Shown in pieces: positions 36,385 through 40,824 of a stretch of 40,824 nucleotides of DNA. The first letter of the stretch is position 1; each line of letters begins with the position of its first letter. The stretch comes from a virus (taxonomy: Duplodnaviria; Caudoviricetes): the IMG/VR virus record IMGVR_UViG_3300004776_000003, positions 1 through 40,824 of that record. One strand, written 5' to 3'. The notes under the pieces were generated by a model. That model was not told the origin of the DNA. It did no database searches and worked only from the letters and a program-made list of their open reading frames with translations. The position numbers and the translations under genes were made by a program.

Positions 36385-36599
36385 TTACCTTTACCTTTAC
36401 CCTTCCCTATCACATTCGAGAGGTTCATCATACCGCCCTTTTGAGCAGCCCAAGTGTCCGGCCCCTTGTGGTTCCTTGTCAGTGTTGGCAAGTACTTCTC
36501 TATGAAGGGCATTATGGCCTCGGGTAGAGCCTTGTCTGCCTTGGGCAGGAAGGAGATCTTGTTGGTTTTCTTTTTGCCGGCACGGTAAGGTATATCCAT
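36381..36599 (-). CDS. Small basic hypothetical protein
   Basis: AGGAG RBS, ATGA coupling. Confidence 0.55.
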   Translation of the reverse strand: MDIPYRAGKKKTNKISFLPKADKALPEAIMPFIEKYLPTLTRNHKGPDTWAAQKGGMMNLSNVIGKGKGKGK

Positions 36600-36718
36600 T
36601 TTATGCTCCTACCTAATAACCCATTAAACTGTCTTCTATTGATTGTGGGTATTTTGACATAGTGAAGTTGTGAAACGCATTAACAGTGGGGTTATCTCTC
36701 GCCCCTGAATATATCTTT

Positions 36719-37603
36719 TTAGCCATAACTTCTGCCTCGAAGAGAAGGCTCGCCCTGTGCCAACTTCGGATAATTCTCAGGAAGATCTTGGGGCACAGGT
36801 GATCTGAAGAGAGAGTCTCCCATGTTTACAGAAGGATCGTTCTCTTTGTAGGGATTGAGTAGAGGATCAGGCTTATCTATATAGTCTGTTGGTTTCCTGT
36901 ATTGCAGAAGTATGTCCTCTGTTTCCTTGCGAAAATCTCTATACCTCTGTTGAAGCTCTTCTTCTTTGAGTTGCTTTTCCATCTTCTGTTTGTTCAACGC
37001 CTCATCTTGCTGTTGTTGCCATCTGGTGGCAGGATCCCCGAAGAGGTATTTATTTATCCCCTGAATTTTATCCAATGGGAATGGTAGTTGCTTGGGGGGT
37101 TCATACAGGTATCTCATGTCTCCTGGCATAATAAGGTTGTCCCCGAGAGGATCAGTCTTTTGGGTGTTCCTCGGGAAGGTTGTCTCTTCGGCCAGAAACC
37201 CGGGTAAACCCTCCAGCCCTAGTTCGGGCTGATTATTGCCAGGCGCTTGAAAGTTGAACATGTGAGGAAGATCTAAGGGGGCAGGCTTACCTGTTGACGT
37301 ATCTCGAAGTTCGTCATGAGGGCTCGGTGGAGTTTCCCAGCCAGGATCTTGAGCCGAGAGGTATCGTCGCTCATTCTCCTTATCTTTGAATGTCGAGGGC
37401 CAGTGGCCTGTCTCGTCATAGCCTGCCCCAGCATTATAAGCACCTCTGTAGTCATAATGATGCTCCGGATCGTAAGGGTTAGGATCGTAGCCACGCTGAG
37501 CCGCGATACTCTTATACCAGTCCATAAACTCCTGCTCGCTGAAATTCCCCGAGCCCGAGGTGTCTACGGGCGGGAACAAGTTGTAGTCATTCTCTTCGTT
37601 CAT
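36719..37603 (-). CDS. Hypothetical virion-module protein with a F..W...YDYRGA...GHWP.TFK domain
   Basis: 294-aa ORF on the structural strand. Confidence 0.6.
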   Translation of the reverse strand: MNEENDYNLFPPVDTSGSGNFSEQEFMDWYKSIAAQRGYDPNPYDPEHHYDYRGAYNAGAGYDETGHWPSTFKDKENERRYLSAQDPGWETPPSPHDELRDTSTGKPAPLDLPHMFNFQAPGNNQPELGLEGLPGFLAEETTFPRNTQKTDPLGDNLIMPGDMRYLYEPPKQLPFPLDKIQGINKYLFGDPATRWQQQQDEALNKQKMEKQLKEEELQQRYRDFRKETEDILLQYRKPTDYIDKPDPLLNPYKENDPSVNMGDSLFRSPVPQDLPENYPKLAQGEPSLRGRSYG

Positions 37604-37680
37604 TTAGATCCACACTATTAGCCCACACCAAAAATGTATGAAATTATCTGGGTAAAGGTAAAGTATTTCAATGCCAAGAG

Positions 37681-38028
37681 TCATGGTTGCCTCTGAAGTT
37701 GCTGCATAATCTGTTGAAAACTCTGTTGAAGTTGCTGTATCTGTTGTTGAAACCCCTGCATAGCCTGAGCTTGCATCTGTGGATTACCAGAATTCTGCAA
37801 CTGACTTATTTGCATCTGCGTTTGAATCTTAGCCATAGAATCCCTATGGTTAGCTTGAGCCTGTATGATTTGAATTTGCTTAGCTATTTGCTGCGCTTGA
37901 GTTTGAGACTGTGACTGCTGAACCGTGGGCACATTAGGAGTAGGGCCGCAACCCTGGAATTGTTGTGCCGGAGTAGAGTAAATCGCTGCCACAATGAAAA
38001 CCATTATCAGTAGTCCATATTTTTTCAT
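37681..38028 (-). CDS. Exported Gln-rich coiled-coil protein (possible spanin-like lysis accessory)
   Basis: MKK + hydrophobic signal, Q-rich helix; directly after the peptidase. Confidence 0.5.
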   Translation of the reverse strand: MKKYGLLIMVFIVAAIYSTPAQQFQGCGPTPNVPTVQQSQSQTQAQQIAKQIQIIQAQANHRDSMAKIQTQMQISQLQNSGNPQMQAQAMQGFQQQIQQLQQSFQQIMQQLQRQP

Positions 38029-38516
38029 GGTTTCTTATCCCCTATAATTAATCTTCTTATCGCTGAGATATCCCTGAATAACGCTCCTTCAAGGTATCCC
38101 ACCACGACACCTTTTTGGGTGGAACTGGAATGAGTGACAGCGGGTAATCCGGATCTGTCTCTCCATAGTATTCCGATGTGTCCATCTGGCCTTGCTGAGG
38201 TAAATGTCCACCAGATGATGTCCAGTTCTTCTGTGGAGTGGAACATGATATCAACGCCATTCCAACCACCAAGGCCACGCCGCATATTCCTAGAAGTCGT
38301 ACGCGATACCGGCATACCTGCCCTTTTAGCCCCCAAGAAGATATACCCGGAACAGTCCAAACCCCTGGACTCTCTCGTGCTTTCTCCCCATACGTATCTG
38401 GGATGAGCATTGATGATCGTTTGAATGTTCTGTTTAAATGGTTTGGCATATTGATCTCCTAGCCCATAGGCAAGGTTAGAGGAAAGGATAAGCCCTAAAA
38501 TCAGGAATAAGCGCAT
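38025..38516 (-). CDS. NlpC/P60 cell-wall peptidase with signal peptide (candidate endolysin)
   Basis: YVWG...GLDCSG, GHIGI, THSSS catalytic Cys-His-His; N-terminal signal ending AYG. Confidence 0.85.
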   Translation of the reverse strand: MRLFLILGLILSSNLAYGLGDQYAKPFKQNIQTIINAHPRYVWGESTRESRGLDCSGYIFLGAKRAGMPVSRTTSRNMRRGLGGWNGVDIMFHSTEELDIIWWTFTSARPDGHIGILWRDRSGLPAVTHSSSTQKGVVVGYLEGALFRDISAIRRLIIGDKKP

Positions 38517-38827
38517 ATTATACTCACAGCAATAAGTAATGCTGCCATCATAATAGCAAGGGCCCGTGGATCTTCCCCAATCATGTGAAGGCCGTCTCCA
38601 GGGATAATAAGGGAAGCTGCTATAAGACTTCCCAGTAACATCATGATTCCCAAGGCCATCATAGGGACACGCAGCAACATAGCCCTAACCAAGGCATCCC
38701 CATCAGGATCACAGCCAGGGTAATATGTTATAGCCACCATACACACGATAACTGTGGCCGTAATCACTAATACCCATCCAATCAATGAGTTCACCAGATG
38801 CTTGTTGAATACTCCATGATCCGGCAT
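38501..38827 (-). CDS. Multi-TM membrane protein, holin candidate
   Basis: Three hydrophobic segments, adjacent to the peptidase. Confidence 0.55.
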   Translation of the reverse strand: MPDHGVFNKHLVNSLIGWVLVITATVIVCMVAITYYPGCDPDGDALVRAMLLRVPMMALGIMMLLGSLIAASLIIPGDGLHMIGEDPRALAIMMAALLIAVSIICAYS

Positions 38828-39384
38828 TATTGCTCCCTCCGTTCCTTACCATCCCATTTTTCTGTCACTGAAAAACCACGTAATGTCACAAGGAGTTCTC
38901 CTGTCACAAAGTCCAGTTTATTAGTTAATATATTGATGGATTCTCTCGTTAATTCCCTCGTTGATTTTGTCTCCTCAGTATAATCATGGAGCCATTGCCG
39001 GTATTCTTCCACCTGATTAGTTAGTTTCATCATAGTAGGACAACGCTCAATCGGACAATTCTTCCAGTGTTCCTCTGATGCTGTTCTGGCAACCTCCTCT
39101 TGATGTTTCCTTGTAAGTGTTGAATGATTTACCTCATACAATTTAAACTCTTCTCTAAATTTTGCTAATAGTTGTTCCAACAACTTCATATCAGAACTGC
39201 TGTTGCCAATTTCTAATTCTAAAAGTAACAGTATTTGATCCCATTTATCCAGGAACACTCCAGCCTGTAGCCATTGCTTCCTGAGATAAAACCAAACAAC
39301 ATAGGCAATGACAAGGATAGCAAGAATTAGCGCGGTTAAAACCCAACCGTGAGAACCCATAAATGAAAGTGCCTCAAATACCAT
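38827..39384 (-). CDS. Single-TM coiled-coil protein (lysis module)
   Basis: N-terminal TM, long helix, W.G.ERR tail. Confidence 0.55.
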   Translation of the reverse strand: MVFEALSFMGSHGWVLTALILAILVIAYVVWFYLRKQWLQAGVFLDKWDQILLLLELEIGNSSSDMKLLEQLLAKFREEFKLYEVNHSTLTRKHQEEVARTASEEHWKNCPIERCPTMMKLTNQVEEYRQWLHDYTEETKSTRELTRESINILTNKLDFVTGELLVTLRGFSVTEKWDGKERREQ

Positions 39385-39677
39385 TACACGAATCCTTTCC
39401 TGATAGCCTCTAGTGCAGCGTTAATCAAAGTGTTCAGCATGTTAGTTTCGATGTCGGGATAGTCCTTAGACAGTTGATCTCTTACCAGCTTGAACTTCTC
39501 TGAACTATCAAGTTGATTATCAGCCGCAGCCAACTTCACCAGTTCAAACGCACTCGCTACTGAACCAGGAGGAAGTTTTGACATAGCAACCCCCACAGCC
39601 TGAAGGATTCCAGTGGCAATAGGATTGCCCTTTACCTTGTATATCAAGCCGATTAACCAAGAGATGAAAGCCCACAT
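39384..39677 (-). CDS. Holin-like amphipathic protein
   Basis: Hydrophobic N-term, S.EKF..V and N.LI.AA pattern; GGAGG RBS. Confidence 0.45.
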   Translation of the reverse strand: MWAFISWLIGLIYKVKGNPIATGILQAVGVAMSKLPPGSVASAFELVKLAAADNQLDSSEKFKLVRDQLSKDYPDIETNMLNTLINAALEAIRKGFV

Positions 39678-39685
39678 GTTTCCTC

Positions 39686-39979
39686 CTATGATGCCAGAGC
39701 TGCTTCTACTTCTTCAACAGTGAATCCTAGACGAAGAAGTTTACAGTGTTCATCCAGTTTAAATTCCTGTTGAATAGTTATTGGTTCCTGAGTTTCCATG
39801 TCTTGTGATTGAATCAATCTATGAGTATTATCAATGATACCTTCGCCAACTAACTCCACGTTATCCCAAATCAATCTAGAATCATAGAGAGTTTGATAGT
39901 ACTCCCTCCAGTTATCTTGGTTATCCCTGACATACTCATAATCGAATTTACTATTTAGATACCGTGCGTTTCCTATCAT
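39686..39979 (-). CDS. Hypothetical protein (M.G...LNSK.DY...RLGFT..EV family)
   Basis: ATGA-coupled to the HNH gene; I recall this motif family near tail-fibre/DGR loci (unverified). Confidence 0.6.
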   Translation of the reverse strand: MIGNARYLNSKFDYEYVRDNQDNWREYYQTLYDSRLIWDNVELVGEGIIDNTHRLIQSQDMETQEPITIQQEFKLDEHCKLLRLGFTVEEVEAALAS

Positions 39980-40713
39980 AACGAAATCTCCCTGTATTCT
40001 CTCTTAGGAGTAATAAGCATTCTTTCTGTTGTCCAATCTCTATTATATCTATTTAACATTGTGGGGTATTTGATATTTAGTTTGTCTGCCCACTCAGCTA
40101 GTGTTTTGGAAACACCCTCATAACTAATATGTTTGTTTCGTCTTGTATTGTTGCATTGTTCTGTTTGTGTCGTCCATCTACAATTCTCAGGACAATAATC
40201 TCCATCATTATCTATTCTATCTAAAGACAGTGTATTTGAACAATCACCCATATCTTCATAAAAGTTTCTGAAATCATGCCATCGTTCACAAACCTTAATA
40301 CCGCGACCGCCGTAATTATGATATCCTGGCGAGTTGGGGTTATTGCACCTATCTATCATTCCAGCCCAACGCTTGTACACTTTAGTTCTAGCCATCCCAT
40401 GTTTTGTGTTTCGCGAACTGGACTTAATTCTATTTATCATATCTGGGGTATAGCATGGCACTGAACAATAACTTCTATTTGTAGACTCATTGTCTAAAAA
40501 TATCTTTCCACAAGTTTTGCAAACAAACTCTTTTTTATTGTTCTTCCATAAAGGACTATTATTACCAGTTTTATTGATAGACAACCAGAGACCATAGCAA
40601 CCTTGGGAACAAAATCGTCTTGGAGCATTACTTGCATAATAAGTAAAGGTTATCCCACACTGCTCACACATACATGTAAGTCTCTTTGTGCATCTCTGAG
40701 CATCACCTTCCAT
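39976..40713 (-). CDS. Free-standing HNH homing endonuclease with N-terminal Zn fingers
   Basis: W..M..RC.NP....Y..YGGRGI.VCERW..F..F..DMG, LDRIDNDG.Y.PENCRW.T..EQ..N. Confidence 0.9.
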   Translation of the reverse strand: MEGDAQRCTKRLTCMCEQCGITFTYYASNAPRRFCSQGCYGLWLSINKTGNNSPLWKNNKKEFVCKTCGKIFLDNESTNRSYCSVPCYTPDMINRIKSSSRNTKHGMARTKVYKRWAGMIDRCNNPNSPGYHNYGGRGIKVCERWHDFRNFYEDMGDCSNTLSLDRIDNDGDYCPENCRWTTQTEQCNNTRRNKHISYEGVSKTLAEWADKLNIKYPTMLNRYNRDWTTERMLITPKREYREISL

Positions 40714-40823
40714 TATATTACTCCTATTCTTTGTTGTAGATTAAAACAATTTCCATGTTGCATCCAACCTAATGTTGATGCAATTGACGAAACACATGAA
40801 TCAAATAATTGGTTGCCTCGATG
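40713..40823 (-). CDS. C-terminal 36 aa of a gene entering from the right edge, probably a DGR-type reverse transcriptase
   Basis: HRGNQLFDSCVSSIASTLGWMQHGNCFNLQQRIGVI*; S.AS..GW..H.N..NL matches the RT thumb-end motif of DGR RTs; stop overlaps the HNH ATG (TAATG). Confidence 0.55.
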   Translation of the reverse strand, partial: HRGNQLFDSCVSSIASTLGWMQHGNCFNLQQRIGVI

Positions 40824-40824
40824 A

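Noticed and set aside
21876-38983. Numerous + strand ORFs inside the structural arm, and - strand ORFs inside the + arm
   Set aside because: Antisense shadows of long genes with no RBS or motif support
1-40824. tRNA, rRNA, IS elements, major capsid gene
   Set aside because: No recognisable cloverleaf, rRNA or transposase motifs by eye; the capsid gene is presumably outside the window

Overview
About 41 kb of a tailed-phage genome, most likely podovirus-like and circularly permuted in this assembly. There are two arms that diverge from an AT-rich control region at about 547-727 and converge at 20881-20884. The + arm carries, in order: an HU/IHF-like protein, RecT, a PD-(D/E)XK nuclease, a RuvC-like resolvase, terminase (TerS candidate and TerL), an apparently inactive TerL-nuclease-like paralog, an iteron-containing replication initiator, DnaB and an SSB-like protein. 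These are followed by about 25 small ORFs in several paralog families, a non-coding putative genome-end region, an early-type cassette with a beta clamp, and an unusual tandem-domain tyrosine recombinase. The - arm starts with a probable portal at the left edge and re-enters at the right edge. From there it has what looks like the C-terminus of a DGR-type reverse transcriptase, an HNH endonuclease, a lysis module, a tail adaptor, a 2218-aa nozzle with three discoidin modules, and four ejection-type proteins. Most notable: (1) a promoter-hairpin-terminator unit (6147-6254) whose loop is complementary to the shared ribosome-binding sequence of four early genes 10-12 kb away, a candidate trans-acting anti-SD sRNA; (2) a single-chain dead+active tyrosine recombinase with an internal start; (3) six dispersed HiPIP-like Cys4 proteins; (4) the RT-HNH junction. 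All family calls come from motifs recognised by eye; no searches were run.
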